From the NCBI GenBank assembly GCA_028711115.1, contig JAQTSV010000001.1, forward strand, positions 198,032 through 262,031: 64,000 bases of DNA, in the 5' to 3' direction. Below are positions 44,652-56,400 of the stretch, piece by piece (the first letter of the stretch is position 1; every line of letters starts with the position of its first letter). This DNA is from Candidatus Omnitrophota bacterium (lineage in GTDB: Bacteria; Omnitrophota; Gorgyraeia; Velamenicoccales; JABMQK01). Below the pieces are notes generated by a model. It was not told the DNA's origin. It did no database searches and saw only the letters and a list, made by a program, of their open reading frames with translations. A program made the translations under genes and the position numbers.

Positions 44652-45728
44652 ATGGATACAAAAGATATTCTAAAATTAATGGTGGACAGAGATGCTTCGG
44701 ATTTATTCATAAAATTGGACAGACCGATAAGTATGCGTATTTATGGCAAGGTCACCACAATCGAAGATTTTGAGCCGCTGAATCTAAAGGAGATTAATAA
44801 AATCATCGACACTATATGCGATGAGAGAAACAAAGAAATTTTTAAAAATAATATGGATGTGGATTTTAGTTTTGACCAGGACGGATTAGGCCGTTTCAGG
44901 GTAAGTTTATTTTTGCAGCGCGGCGTCCCTTCCATAGTTATGCGCCGCATAAAAAAACAGGTGGGCAATTTTTCGGATTTAAATCTACCCAGCGATGTGC
45001 TCAGCAAGTTGACACAGGAGGTGCGGGGTATAGTTTTATTAACCGGTCCTGCAGGGAACGGAAAATCCACTACCATAGCCAGTATGATTGAATATATGAA
45101 TGAGAATCATCACCGCCATATAATCACAGTGGAAGACCCCATTGAATTTATTTTTCAGGATAAAAAGAGCGTGATTAATCAAAGAGAGCTGGGTTTGGAT
45201 GTCAGGTCTTATCCTATAGCCTTAAGGCAGATTACGCTGCAGAGCCCGGACGTGATATTCATCGGTACGATAAGAGATTTACCGACGATGTCAGCGGCGC
45301 TTATCGCAGCGGAAATGGGAATTCTGGTCTTGAGTACAATCCATACCAATAATAGCGCCCAGACCGTGGAAAGAATAGTAAATTTCTTCCCGCCGTATCA
45401 ACATAACGAAATAAGGATGCAGCTTTCCTTTTTATTAAAAGGCGTGGTTTCTTTAAGGTTATTGCCGCGGCTTGATAATAACGGCAGAATTCCCGCCTGT
45501 GAAGTGATGACCCTTACGCCTACGATCAGCCGTCTGATTCGCGACAATAATCTGCGCGATATTCCCAAATATCTGGAAGAAGGCGATATGTTCGGCATGC
45601 AGAGTTTTAAACAGAGTCTTTGCCGGTTAGTGCAGGAAAAGAAAGTAAGCAGGGAAGATGCCCTGACATTTTCCGACAGCAGAGAAGAATTGGAATTGGA
45701 ATTAAAAGGTATAAAGCGCTTGGTATAA
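44652..45728 (+). CDS. pilT: type IV pilus retraction ATPase PilT
   Basis: Carries LLTGPAGNGKSTT, ITVEDPIEF and STIHTNNSAQTVERI. 358 aa. Confidence 0.85.
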   Translation: MDTKDILKLMVDRDASDLFIKLDRPISMRIYGKVTTIEDFEPLNLKEINKIIDTICDERNKEIFKNNMDVDFSFDQDGLGRFRVSLFLQRGVPSIVMRRIKKQVGNFSDLNLPSDVLSKLTQEVRGIVLLTGPAGNGKSTTIASMIEYMNENHHRHIITVEDPIEFIFQDKKSVINQRELGLDVRSYPIALRQITLQSPDVIFIGTIRDLPTMSAALIAAEMGILVLSTIHTNNSAQTVERIVNFFPPYQHNEIRMQLSFLLKGVVSLRLLPRLDNNGRIPACEVMTLTPTISRLIRDNNLRDIPKYLEEGDMFGMQSFKQSLCRLVQEKKVSREDALTFSDSREELELELKGIKRLV

Positions 45729-45731
45729 AAA

Positions 45732-46841
45732 ATGCAGGAAGAACTCAGAGACAAACTGACAGAAATTGAGAAAAGACTCCGGCAGCTGAGTATTTATCTT
45801 GATATCCCCGTAAAACAAGACAAGATAAGGCAGCTGGAAACCATTATGTCTAATCCCGGCTTTTGGCAGGACCAGCAGACATCAAAAAAAGTCCTCAGGG
45901 AATTAAAAAGCTTAAAGTCAATCGTGGAATTATGGAGTGGTTATAACAAGAAGATTAGCGAAATGAAAGAATTGCTTGAGCTTATCAAAGACGAAGAAGA
46001 ATTACTTAGGAATATGTCCGATGAATTAAATAAATTGTCAGTCAATATCGCAGAACTGGAATTCCAGACACTATTGAGTGGCGAATTTGACCATAACGAC
46101 GCGATACTGAGTATAAATTCCGGAGCCGGAGGCACAGAATCTTGCGACTGGGCGAGCATGCTGCTTCGAATGTATACGCGCTGGGCGGAGAAGCACGGTT
46201 ACGAAGTAAAAGAAATGGATATTCTCGCCGGAGAAGAGGCCGGGATAAAAAATGTCACCATTTCTATTAAAGGGGCTTGCGCTTACGGTTATTTAAAGGC
46301 AGAGAGCGGTGTGCACAGATTAGTGCGCATTTCTCCTTTTGATGCCAATAAGAGAAGGCACACGTCTTTTGCCTCCGTGGATGTTATTGCGCAGATCCAG
46401 GACGATGTAAATATTTTAATAAGGCCGGAAGAAATCCGGGTTGATACTTATCGCGCCTCGGGAAAAGGCGGCCAGCACGTTAATATGACAGATTCGGCAG
46501 TAAGGGTAACGCATATCGAGACGGGAATTGTGGTGCAGTGCCAAAATGAGCGTTCCCAGTATCAAAATAAAGAAGTCTGCATGAATGTTCTCAAGGCAAA
46601 ATTATACGAACTAAGAAGAAGAGAGCAAGAAGCAAAAGTTTCCAAAGAGTACGCCCAGAAACAGAAGATAGAATGGGGTTCTCAGATTCGTTCTTATGTT
46701 ATGCATCCCTATAATATGGTAAAGGACCACCGCACAGAATACGAGACAGGCAATGTGCAGGCAGTGATGGACGGCGATATTGACGACTTTATCCACGCCT
46801 ATTTAAAAATGAAGACACTAGAAAAGGCAAAAAATGGTTAA
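45732..46841 (+). CDS. prfB: peptide chain release factor 2 (uninterrupted, no +1 frameshift site)
   Basis: Carries RISPFD (SPF) and GKGGQHVN (GGQ). The N-terminal LSIYLDIPV is encoded as CTT GAT, not CTT TGA C. Confidence 0.9.
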   Translation: MQEELRDKLTEIEKRLRQLSIYLDIPVKQDKIRQLETIMSNPGFWQDQQTSKKVLRELKSLKSIVELWSGYNKKISEMKELLELIKDEEELLRNMSDELNKLSVNIAELEFQTLLSGEFDHNDAILSINSGAGGTESCDWASMLLRMYTRWAEKHGYEVKEMDILAGEEAGIKNVTISIKGACAYGYLKAESGVHRLVRISPFDANKRRHTSFASVDVIAQIQDDVNILIRPEEIRVDTYRASGKGGQHVNMTDSAVRVTHIETGIVVQCQNERSQYQNKEVCMNVLKAKLYELRRREQEAKVSKEYAQKQKIEWGSQIRSYVMHPYNMVKDHRTEYETGNVQAVMDGDIDDFIHAYLKMKTLEKAKNG

Positions 46842-49680
46842 TTTTATAATAAAGAAAATTTTAGGTACCCAGAACGAACGCGAGCTGAATAAATTATCCA
46901 AGAAGGTTCAGGAGATAAATGCGCTTGAGCCTAAAATATCCCAGCTTTCCGACGTCCAGCTGCGTCAGAAGACGATAGAATTTAAGGAAAAGGTTTCTAA
47001 ATTTCTGGATTCGGAAAAATTCTCGGAAATAGAAGATATAAATCAGCGAAAGAAAATTTTACAGTCGGCGCTGGCTGAGGTTTTAGCCGAGGCGTTTGCC
47101 GTGGTGCGCGAGGCAGGCAAACGCACCGTGGGTATGCGCCACTTTGACGTGCAGTTAATCGGCGGCATGGCGCTTCACGAAGGAAAAATTGCCGAGATGG
47201 CTACCGGCGAAGGAAAGACTCTGGTGGCAACTCTGGCTGCTTATTTAAATGCTCTTAGCGGTAAAGGTGTACACATAGTTACGGTTAATGATTATTTGGC
47301 AAAACGTGACAGAGAATGGATGGGCCCGATTTATGAATTTTTAGGTATATCCGTGGGGGTTATTCAGAATGATATGCCGCCGCATCTGCGCAAACAGGAA
47401 TATAGCTGCGATATAGTCTACGGCACGAACAATGAATTCGGTTTCGATTATTTAAGAGACAATATGGTCATCTCCAAAGAAGAGATGGTGCAGAGGGAGC
47501 TTAATTTTGCCATTGTCGACGAAGTGGATTCAATTCTTATAGATGAGGCGCGCACGCCTTTAATCATTTCCGGGCCGGCGGAAGAATCGACCGATAAATA
47601 TTATATCATCAACCGCTTAGTGCCAAAATTAAAAAGAAGAAAGATTCTGGAAAAAGACGAAATAGAGGCAAAATATAAAGGAGAGGATCTTTCCAAAGGT
47701 TTTGATGCCATTGTCGATGAAAAGAACCATACGGTAAGTCTTACCGAAGAAGGCGTGGCTAAGTGCGAATCGCTTCTAGGCATAAGCAACCTCTACGATG
47801 ATATTTCTACGGAATGGGTGCATCATATTATCCAGGCAATAAGAGCGCACGATCTTTACGAGAAAGATGTGGACTATGTCGTAAAAGAAGGAAAAGTCCT
47901 TATCGTTGACGAATTCACCGGAAGATTAATGCCGGGGCGCCGCTGGTCCGACGGGCTGCACCAGGCAGTGGAGTCAAAAGAGAACATAAAGATTGAGAGA
48001 GAAAACCAGACATTAGCCACTATTACGCTGCAGAATTATTTTCGTATGTACAATAAACTCTCCGGAATGACCGGCACAGCATTCACCGAGGCAAATGAAT
48101 TCAAGGCAATATACGGTTTGGATGTTTTAGTCATTCCCACCAACAAGCATCTAATCAGGACAAATCATCCCGATGCGATTTATAAAAGCGAAGAAGAGAA
48201 ATTTGACGCGGTGGCAAATGAAATCGTCGAGCTTTTCAATAAGGGAAGGCCGGTGCTCGTAGGCACCATATCTATCGAGAAATCTGAACGCCTCAGCAGT
48301 ATGTTAAAGAAGAGAGGAATTCCGCACAATGTTTTAAACGCAAAGTACCACGAAATGGAAGCCCACATTGTGGCTCAGGCCGGAAGGTATAAGGCCGTAA
48401 CTATTGCCACAAACATGGCCGGCCGAGGCACAGATATTTTATTGGGCGGCAACCCGGAATTTATGGCAAGGAATATAGTTAAGGCCAAGGGATTGGACCT
48501 GGATTCTCCTGAAGGAAAAACAGAATTGGAAAAAGAATTGAAGACATTAAAGGCGCAGACGCAAAAGGAACACAATCAGGTTGTGGAATTAGACGGATTG
48601 CATGTAATCGGCACGGAGAGGCACGAGGCCCGCCGCATCGATAATCAGCTGCGCGGCCGTTCAGGCAGGCAGGGCGACCCCGGCTCGTCGAGGTTCTACA
48701 TTTCCTTGGGAGACGATTTGATGCGGCTGTTTGGCTCAGACAGGCTTATAGGCATTATGGATAAATTAGGTATGGAAAAAGGCCAGGTTATAGAACATCC
48801 CTGGATTTCCAGGTCTATAGAAATGGCGCAGAAAAGAGTTGAGGCATATAATTTTGAGATAAGAAAACAGCTTTTAGAATACGATAATGTAATGAATACG
48901 CAAAGGGAGATAATCTATTCCCAGCGGCGGATGGTTTTGGAAAATTCTGATGTCCGGGAAGACATAATGGATATGGTAAACGATGTCTTCGACCAGAATA
49001 TCGAGTTATTTATCCAGAAGAATCTTAATCCGGACAACTGGGATTTGGTGGGTTTGGAGAATTGGCTGCGCGCCGAATATGGCTCAAAAGTAAAAATCGA
49101 CCCAGACAAAATTAGCAATATGGATTACCAACAGGCAAGAGAATATCTGTCAGGCGAAGTTATGCGTATTTATCAGGACAAAGAAAATAAGATTGGCCCT
49201 GAACAGATGCGCCATCTGGAGAGGATGATTACGCTGCAGATTGTGGATACGCGCTGGAAAGAACATCTCTATGCCATGGATTCTTTGAAAGAAGGCATCG
49301 GCCTGCGCGCATATGGGCAAAAAGATCCGCTGATAGAATATAAAAATGAAGGATATATATTATTCCAGCAGCTCGTGGAGAGTATTAAAAAAGAAGTGGT
49401 TGAATTTTTGTTTAGAATTCAGGCTGTTGAGGAAAAAGGATTCAAGTCGGTATTTAAATCTCTGCCCGTGGAACTTGTGCACCAGGAATTTTCAGGGCTT
49501 TCAAAAGCAAAAAACGCTCCTTTAGAAAGACAACCTTTAGATCGTCCGGATTCTGCTACGCAGACAGAGGCCAAGAGAGATAATACTTCCACCGTCAAAA
49601 GAGATCAGCCCAAGGTAGGCAGAAATGATCCCTGTCCTTGCGGCAGCGGGAAAAAATATAAAAAATGCTGTGGTAAATAA
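46834..49680 (+). CDS. secA: preprotein translocase ATPase SecA
   Basis: Carries [30 protein letters not shown] and the C-terminal [14 protein letters not shown]. Confidence 0.95.
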   Translation: MVNFIIKKILGTQNERELNKLSKKVQEINALEPKISQLSDVQLRQKTIEFKEKVSKFLDSEKFSEIEDINQRKKILQSALAEVLAEAFAVVREAGKRTVGMRHFDVQLIGGMALHEGKIAEMATGEGKTLVATLAAYLNALSGKGVHIVTVNDYLAKRDREWMGPIYEFLGISVGVIQNDMPPHLRKQEYSCDIVYGTNNEFGFDYLRDNMVISKEEMVQRELNFAIVDEVDSILIDEARTPLIISGPAEESTDKYYIINRLVPKLKRRKILEKDEIEAKYKGEDLSKGFDAIVDEKNHTVSLTEEGVAKCESLLGISNLYDDISTEWVHHIIQAIRAHDLYEKDVDYVVKEGKVLIVDEFTGRLMPGRRWSDGLHQAVESKENIKIERENQTLATITLQNYFRMYNKLSGMTGTAFTEANEFKAIYGLDVLVIPTNKHLIRTNHPDAIYKSEEEKFDAVANEIVELFNKGRPVLVGTISIEKSERLSSMLKKRGIPHNVLNAKYHEMEAHIVAQAGRYKAVTIATNMAGRGTDILLGGNPEFMARNIVKAKGLDLDSPEGKTELEKELKTLKAQTQKEHNQVVELDGLHVIGTERHEARRIDNQLRGRSGRQGDPGSSRFYISLGDDLMRLFGSDRLIGIMDKLGMEKGQVIEHPWISRSIEMAQKRVEAYNFEIRKQLLEYDNVMNTQREIIYSQRRMVLENSDVREDIMDMVNDVFDQNIELFIQKNLNPDNWDLVGLENWLRAEYGSKVKIDPDKISNMDYQQAREYLSGEVMRIYQDKENKIGPEQMRHLERMITLQIVDTRWKEHLYAMDSLKEGIGLRAYGQKDPLIEYKNEGYILFQQLVESIKKEVVEFLFRIQAVEEKGFKSVFKSLPVELVHQEFSGLSKAKNAPLERQPLDRPDSATQTEAKRDNTSTVKRDQPKVGRNDPCPCGSGKKYKKCCGK

Positions 49681-49694
49681 ATAAGATCATCCGT

Positions 49695-51227
49695 ATGCCT
49701 GTGCGATTAACCAGCCTAAAAACGCTACTTTATTGTCTGTTAAGCCCAATCCTTCTGTGGCTTGCTTTCCCTGAATTAAATCTGGAATATTTTGCCTGGT
49801 TTAGTTTTGTGCCTTTGTTATTCATTATTAGAAATAAGAGCGGAACAAAGGCTTTCTGGCTTTCCTATTTTAGCGGTTTTATATTTTTCATATTGACGCT
49901 TTACTGGCTGGTCCATGTTACTTTGATAGGATTAATTATTCTCTGCCTGTATCTCGCTTTTTATTTTGCTTTTTTTGGTTATTTTTTCGTGTGTTTCCGG
50001 AAGAAATTTTCTCGATTAAACATTTTCCTGGTTTTATTTCTGTCCTCGCTGTGGGTTATTTTGGAATATATCCGCAGCCAGGTTCTTACGGGTTTTCCCT
50101 GGGCGCTGTTAGGCTACAGCCAATACCTTAATATCTACATTATCCAATTGGTCGATATAACCGGAGGCCTTGGTTTGTCTTTTCTGGTTATGTTTGTAAA
50201 TTTATGCGTATTGGAGATAATAGAGTTATTGTCGCAGAGAAAATTTAAATTAGCGGCGAAGATTATCTCAAACGTATTACTGATATTTTTGCTGATTTAT
50301 GGTTATGGTTTCTATTCGTTAAACAAGTATTCTAAGCAGGAGAAAACAACTCTTGGTGTTTCTTTAATCCAGGGAAATATTCCCCAGGAAAATAAATGGC
50401 AGAGCAATTTTAAAACCAGTATAAAAGAAGTTTATTTTGATTTAAGCTTCAGGGCGCTGAAAGAAAATCCGGATATAATTATTTGGCCGGAGACAGCGTA
50501 TCCGGATTATATTGTTTCTTCAGATAAACAGACACTGGGTTTGCTTAGTAAAATTGTCAGAGATACAAAATGCCCTCTTTTATTCGGAGCCATATACCAA
50601 AAACAGGATAATTATTTTAATAGCGCAGTTTTAATAACCGATGATTCCACGCCCGTCGAGGTTTATAACAAAATCCATTTAGTGCCATTTGGCGAATACC
50701 TGCCTTTGAGAAAATATATTCTTTCTTTGGAAAATTTTGTTCCCATTGCAGATTTTAATGCCGGCAGCGAATTTGTAATTTTTAAGGTAAAAAATAAACA
50801 AAATAAAAACTTTTACTTTGGCGTATTGATTTGTTTCGAGGATACTATAGCGGAATTGTCCAGAATTTTTAGATTGAGAGGCGCGGATTTCCTTGTAAAT
50901 ATTACTAATGACGCCTGGTTTAAAAAATCTTCCAGCCCTTACCAGCATCTGCAGGCCTCTGTATTCAGGGCTGTAGAGAATAGAATCTGTGTTCTGCGCG
51001 CGGCTAATACGGGAGTAAGCTGTGCAATCGATAAGTGCGGCAGAATAATCAAACGGGTAAAAGACATCCAGGGCAGGGATATTTTCGTAAGAGGATTTAT
51101 AAAAACAGAAGTTACAAAACAGGGTATTCTGAGTTTCTATAGTTTATTTGGCGATATATTTGTTTCGGTATGCATTTTATATACGCTTTTATTTGTCATA
51201 TACTACATTAAGAAAAAGTTTGCCTAA
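49695..51227 (+). CDS. lnt: apolipoprotein N-acyltransferase
   Basis: N-terminal TM bundle plus a CN-hydrolase domain (IIIWPETAYP, VLICFED). Confidence 0.85.
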   Translation: MPVRLTSLKTLLYCLLSPILLWLAFPELNLEYFAWFSFVPLLFIIRNKSGTKAFWLSYFSGFIFFILTLYWLVHVTLIGLIILCLYLAFYFAFFGYFFVCFRKKFSRLNIFLVLFLSSLWVILEYIRSQVLTGFPWALLGYSQYLNIYIIQLVDITGGLGLSFLVMFVNLCVLEIIELLSQRKFKLAAKIISNVLLIFLLIYGYGFYSLNKYSKQEKTTLGVSLIQGNIPQENKWQSNFKTSIKEVYFDLSFRALKENPDIIIWPETAYPDYIVSSDKQTLGLLSKIVRDTKCPLLFGAIYQKQDNYFNSAVLITDDSTPVEVYNKIHLVPFGEYLPLRKYILSLENFVPIADFNAGSEFVIFKVKNKQNKNFYFGVLICFEDTIAELSRIFRLRGADFLVNITNDAWFKKSSSPYQHLQASVFRAVENRICVLRAANTGVSCAIDKCGRIIKRVKDIQGRDIFVRGFIKTEVTKQGILSFYSLFGDIFVSVCILYTLLFVIYYIKKKFA

Positions 51228-51263
51228 TTTAATAACGCATTTATATAAATCAAAAATTGTGAT

Positions 51264-51902
51264 ATGATAAATTTTATGTGCCGTATCCATAAAAAGGAAA
51301 AAAGAGATTTTTTGAAAGGATTTACGCTTGTGGAGATATTGATTGCTGTCTCCATATTGTTGATAGTCACGGGCATGGTCTCGACTATTTTTATAAGCAC
51401 ATTGAATTACTGGAAGAGGGGCTATGCGCTCAGCCGTCGGCAACAGTCTGCCAGATTAGTCTTTAGCCGTATGACGGAAAATATTTCCAGCCTGTTTCTT
51501 TCCTCGTCCAGAAACATTTATTGTTTTGGTTCGAAAGATAAATTTTATTTTATGTCTGCTTCAGTAAAAGGCACAGAAGGAGATTTGGCAGAAATGGGTT
51601 ATGAGTTCAACCAAGCTGATGGCAAATTATTCTTTTATTATCAGGAAAAATCAGATTATGATTTTAGTACATACGATTATAAGGATATAATAGCGGTAGA
51701 TATCCTGGAATTAAATTTTAGTTATTTGGATAGTAGCGGTAATTGGCTGGATAGCTGGGACAGCCGCGTCGGCGGACAAGAACAGGGTTTATCCCCACAG
51801 GCGATCAAGGTTTATTTCAGCGTAGAAAATCCGGATTTTCCCGACAAAAAAGAGGCTTTTGAGACAGTAGTGGAGCTGCCCATAAGGACGAAGTACCGTT
51901 AA
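51264..51902 (+). CDS. pseudopilin with prepilin N-terminal methylation domain (GspJ/PulJ-like)
   Basis: KGFTLVEILIAVSILLIVTGMV. 212 aa. Confidence 0.6.
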   Translation: MINFMCRIHKKEKRDFLKGFTLVEILIAVSILLIVTGMVSTIFISTLNYWKRGYALSRRQQSARLVFSRMTENISSLFLSSSRNIYCFGSKDKFYFMSASVKGTEGDLAEMGYEFNQADGKLFFYYQEKSDYDFSTYDYKDIIAVDILELNFSYLDSSGNWLDSWDSRVGGQEQGLSPQAIKVYFSVENPDFPDKKEAFETVVELPIRTKYR

Positions 51903-51941
51903 GCGCTACATAAATAAGCTGAAAATAAAAAAGGAGAAATT

Positions 51942-53000
51942 ATGGCTAATTTTTCTTTAGTAAAAAGAGTATCCATGAAACAATTGCTGCATTTTACACG
52001 GCAGCTGTCTATTCTTATTTCCGCAGGTACTCCTTTGATAAAAGCCTTAAATACTATCTATGAACAGATGCCGGAAGGTTATTTTAAGGAAATAATATTC
52101 GGAATTATTAAGAATGTGGAAGAAGGAAGTCCTTTATCGACGGCGTTAAGCGAAAATCCCGATATTTTTTCTAATTTATTTGTGAACATGGTTAAGGCCG
52201 GTGAGGTAGGAGGCTTATTGCCAGCGGTTTTAAAAAGGATGGATCATTTCCTGAATCATACATATAGATTACACCAGAGGATTAAATTAGCCACGATGTA
52301 TCCGGCTTTTGTCTTGATAATCGCCATAGTCATTTTAACAGTTTTGACTGCCTTTGTGGTTCCGAGTTTTGCTAAAATTTTTAATGATTTAGGCGGACAA
52401 CTTCCGCCCACAACCAGGGTGTTAATAAGTATAAGCACAGCCTTTAACCACTTCTGGTATTTAATACCGCTTTTAATTTTCCTTTTCGTTATTTTATTTA
52501 AAATAGCTGTGCGTAAGCCAGCGACAAAAAGTTTTCTGGATAATTTAAAACTAAAGTTACCGGTTATAGGCACCCTTACATTAAATCTTGAGATTGCGCG
52601 CTTCAGCCGGCTTTTAGGAACGCTGCTTGTATCGGGAGTTCCTATACTCAATGCCTTAAAACTCACAGGTGATGCCAGCGAGAATTCTTTATTTTCTGAT
52701 GCCATAGAGGCCGTGCTTAAAAATATAGAAAAAGGATCCAATATTTACAGTTCTATGGAAGAGCATGATATATTTCCTAAAATATTAACCAGAATGGTCA
52801 ATGTAGGCGAAGAGTCAGGCCAGCTCGATAAAATTCTTTTGCAGATAGCCGACGAATACGAGGAAGAGGCAGAAGACACGCTTACAAGTCTCACCGCGCT
52901 TTTAGAGCCACTGCTGATTGTGACTATGGGTATTATTGTAGGTTTTGTCGTGATTGCTTTATTCTTCCCCATATTTACGATGGGCAGTTTAGTAAAATAG
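51942..53000 (+). CDS. type II secretion system F / PilC family platform protein
   Basis: Two repeats of the T2SF pattern (LHFTRQLSILISAGTPLIKAL; ARFSRLLGTLLVSGVPILNAL) plus three TM helices. Confidence 0.85.
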   Translation: MANFSLVKRVSMKQLLHFTRQLSILISAGTPLIKALNTIYEQMPEGYFKEIIFGIIKNVEEGSPLSTALSENPDIFSNLFVNMVKAGEVGGLLPAVLKRMDHFLNHTYRLHQRIKLATMYPAFVLIIAIVILTVLTAFVVPSFAKIFNDLGGQLPPTTRVLISISTAFNHFWYLIPLLIFLFVILFKIAVRKPATKSFLDNLKLKLPVIGTLTLNLEIARFSRLLGTLLVSGVPILNALKLTGDASENSLFSDAIEAVLKNIEKGSNIYSSMEEHDIFPKILTRMVNVGEESGQLDKILLQIADEYEEEAEDTLTSLTALLEPLLIVTMGIIVGFVVIALFFPIFTMGSLVK

Positions 53001-53096
53001 TTTTGTTTATTAAGATTGAAAATTCACTTAACTTATTTTACCATGAGGGTTTCATATTCTGATAAAGTAGTCATTTAGTGCAAGGAAATAGTATCT

Positions 53097-53456
53097 ATGA
53101 GAAAAAGCAATCTTAAGGGTTTTACGCTGCTGGAAGTTTTAATCGCCTTGTTAATTTTAGGCATAGGAATGTCTTTTATCTTCAGTATCTTTCCTTTGGG
53201 AATCCGTATGTCCAAAGAAGTGCAGATTTTAAGCAGCATTTCTTTCTTCGCCCAGAAAAAGATTGAAGAATTGAAGACGATGAATGAAACTCCCGGCAAT
53301 TCCAGCGGCCAGGAGAATAATTTTAATTGGACAGTCCAAATTGAAGACTATACCACAGAAAATAATATTTTGTTAAAGAAATTACAGCTAGATACAGAAT
53401 GGTCAGAAGGCGCAAGGATGAGAAAGAAATCTTTCGTCACCTATTTTAAACATTAA
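53097..53456 (+). CDS. pseudopilin (GspI-like)
   Basis: KGFTLLEVLIALLILGIGMSFIF. 119 aa. Confidence 0.65.
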   Translation: MRKSNLKGFTLLEVLIALLILGIGMSFIFSIFPLGIRMSKEVQILSSISFFAQKKIEELKTMNETPGNSSGQENNFNWTVQIEDYTTENNILLKKLQLDTEWSEGARMRKKSFVTYFKH

Positions 53457-53459
53457 GAC

Positions 53460-56400
53460 ATGAAGATACGCAATAGAAAAAACGGTCAGGCCATTATTTT
53501 GGTCTTATCTATTTTAGGAATTGTTTCTTTGATAGGTTTTAGTTTTTTATCTATGAGCCAAATGGAGCTGAAAGGTGCCACTTCTTATCTTGCCAGGCTC
53601 CAGACCAAATATCTGGCTGAAGCTGGGATAAATTATGCCAAAGAAGTGCTTACTTTTGATAAGGAGGCGAATAATGTAGATTCTTATGATGAGCTTTGGA
53701 ACATAACATTTGCCGGAACGGATGTTGATTTAAGCGGTGATGGCTCTCCTGATTCAAAGTGGTTTTATGTTAAGGACAGCCAAGGGAACGATATCGGCAG
53801 ATACGCTATCTTGGTTAGAGACGAAGCAGGCAAGGTTAATGTAAATGGCGATGAAGCTGTCTTAAGTAAGTTTTTTAGCAGCAGCGGATTCGGCGGTGAA
53901 ACTACAGTCAGAAAGATTATTGACTATCGTTATGGCGAAGACAAGAAACCAGGCGCAGCAAACACCGACGACAACGGCAATAACTCTAGTCTTGAGAGAG
54001 ATCTTTTGGATAATGATGGCGATGGGTCAGTTGATGAAAACAATGAAGGCATTGATGAATCAGAGGAATTTAATGTAGAAAATCCCAAAGGCGACGATCG
54101 CCCGTTTGTGGTAATAGATGAATTAAAGAAACTTAAGTTTTTATCCAGTGAAGACTTTAAGAACACAGAGAAATTTTTAACGGTTTCTTCAAAAGATCAA
54201 GAAAAAAATACTGAAGGCGGTATGCGCCAGAATATAAATTATATGAAGGCAGAAGATATTTTAAAAATAATGCTGGAAAGAGGCGTTAGTGAACCATGGC
54301 AGAAGTCTGTGAATATCGTGGATAGTCTGGATATAAATTTTGCGCGTGCCACAATCTATAAACATTACAATCTGTTGCAGACCAGGCCGGGTCAGGTTAT
54401 AGGCAGTTGGGCATGGAATAATAGTTATTATCAATGCGATATACCCGGTAGCCAGGGTAGTTGGTCGTGGAATAATTTGAAATTTCCCGACGGAGAATAC
54501 TACTGCTATATCTATGGTTTGGAAGATGAACCCATAGGTGATGTAGAAATCCAGGGAATAGTTCAGCAGCATATGCACAGCGGAGACGCCTTTATTAAAA
54601 GTGAAGGCAGAAAAGTTACAATACAGGGTGGCAGTTTCAGCTTATCCATACAGAACAACGAAGAATTCGGCAAGATGTGTTATTTTGCGCGCATCGAATT
54701 AATACCAGAGGATATCAACAGCGGCTCTGCACTTTTATCGAAAGAAATACACGGTGTAGAGCCGATACGTATAAATGAATTAATGGTTGCGCCCAAAATA
54801 GCAAGGACCACCACTTCTTCTAATGTGCCCGGCGGTGCATGGGTGTGGCACGGGTCATTATTTATAAACTCCGATTCGGAATCAGGCACGGTAGGCGAAG
54901 GCACCTGGGTTTTTGTAAATATTCCCAACGGCTATTACTATTTACGGTTATTTGGTCAGGAAGGTAAATTTATTGGCGATGTGGAAGTCAACGGAAGAAC
55001 ACAAGTATCCATGCGAGACGGAGATTATTTTACAGAGACAAAAAGTGTCCAGGTAACTTCCAATCAGCTCGTTATAAGAATTCAGAATAATCTTAAAGAT
55101 AAGACATGTTATTTCAAGAGTATTGTTTTATCCCAACAACCAGATACAGAATATGTGGAACTGGTGAATATTAGTAAAAATACGGTCGATCTTAGCGGTT
55201 GGTCATTGGAAACCACAGGTCAAGAGGCAGCAGCGGCTTTTATCCCGCAAGGCACGACCATAGCCCCTTACGACTATTTAGTTTTATGTGTGGACAAAGA
55301 CGATCGCGCCGACGGCATAGATTCTAACAATATTTCTTTTCTTAACGCATGGGAAGTACAGAAATCTGTGCAATTGGATTTCTTTAAAGTTTTGGATAAG
55401 GATTTTGATTTTTTAAAAGACGTGCCTGTCCAGGGCGAGAATTATGTTATGTTAAAAGATGTCAAAGGTTCCATAGTAGATAAAGCAGAATATTTGAGTT
55501 CACAGGTGGTAGATTATTCTTCGCTGGAACGGGGCGATCCCACCGAGCAGAGTGATAGTAATGATGATTCAGAATTTGATAGGTGGTTTTTAACCAGTGA
55601 TTTAAGCGGAGGCACGCCCGGTCGGGTAAATAATAATGCAAGTTATATTATAGATGGATTTCATAACCACAACATTAATGAAGTTTGGGTAAGAAATTCT
55701 CCTGCTTTAAATATTTCTGATTTGGCATATGCGCCCAAAGGTTATACCTGGAAGAGATTTGAATTTCTGGAGGGAAAAGAATTGGAATTAAAATTATCGG
55801 ATCTTAGCCTGTTAGTCGATTCTCTGACGGTAACCGGACTTTTTCTTTCTCCGCAGGAACACAGAGTGTCTGGCTGGTCACAGACCTATGGCGAAAAAGA
55901 AGGTTTCTACAGCAATACTTTTGGGGAAGAAGGCATCTGGCGCTGGCAGAATTTAGAAAATGGCGAATACTTTTTGACGATCAGTGGTGAGTTCGAAGAA
56001 GCTGTAACGGTAAGTTATAAAAAAGCAGACGGTTCGTGGCAGATGCTGGCTCAGGGTATTATTCCTAACGAAGAAGGATTGGTTTATTGCGGCATAATCG
56101 GCATCGGAGAAAATAGTTTAGACGGTACAGCAGATAATACTCTAGAGATTCAATTGGCAAATGCTTCCCAGACGAACACGGCACATTTTTATTATTTAAG
56201 ACTGGATCCGCTGCAGTATATCATAGGCCGGATTAATATAAATACCGCACCACAGCAAGTTTTATTGTCATTGCCAAGTATTGATGAGCAGGCAGCATCG
56301 GTTATAATAAATAATAGGCCATTCGGCAATAAGGATTTGCTCGGCAGAGGAATCGGAGATTTATTTCTTACAGATATATTTGGTAGCTCTGCAGACAAAA

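Noticed and set aside
45732-45830. Looked for the programmed +1 frameshift site (CTT TGA C) of prfB
   Set aside because: The corresponding codons read CTT GAT and the 369-aa frame is uninterrupted. This is an ordinary non-frameshifted RF2 and is not reported as a finding.
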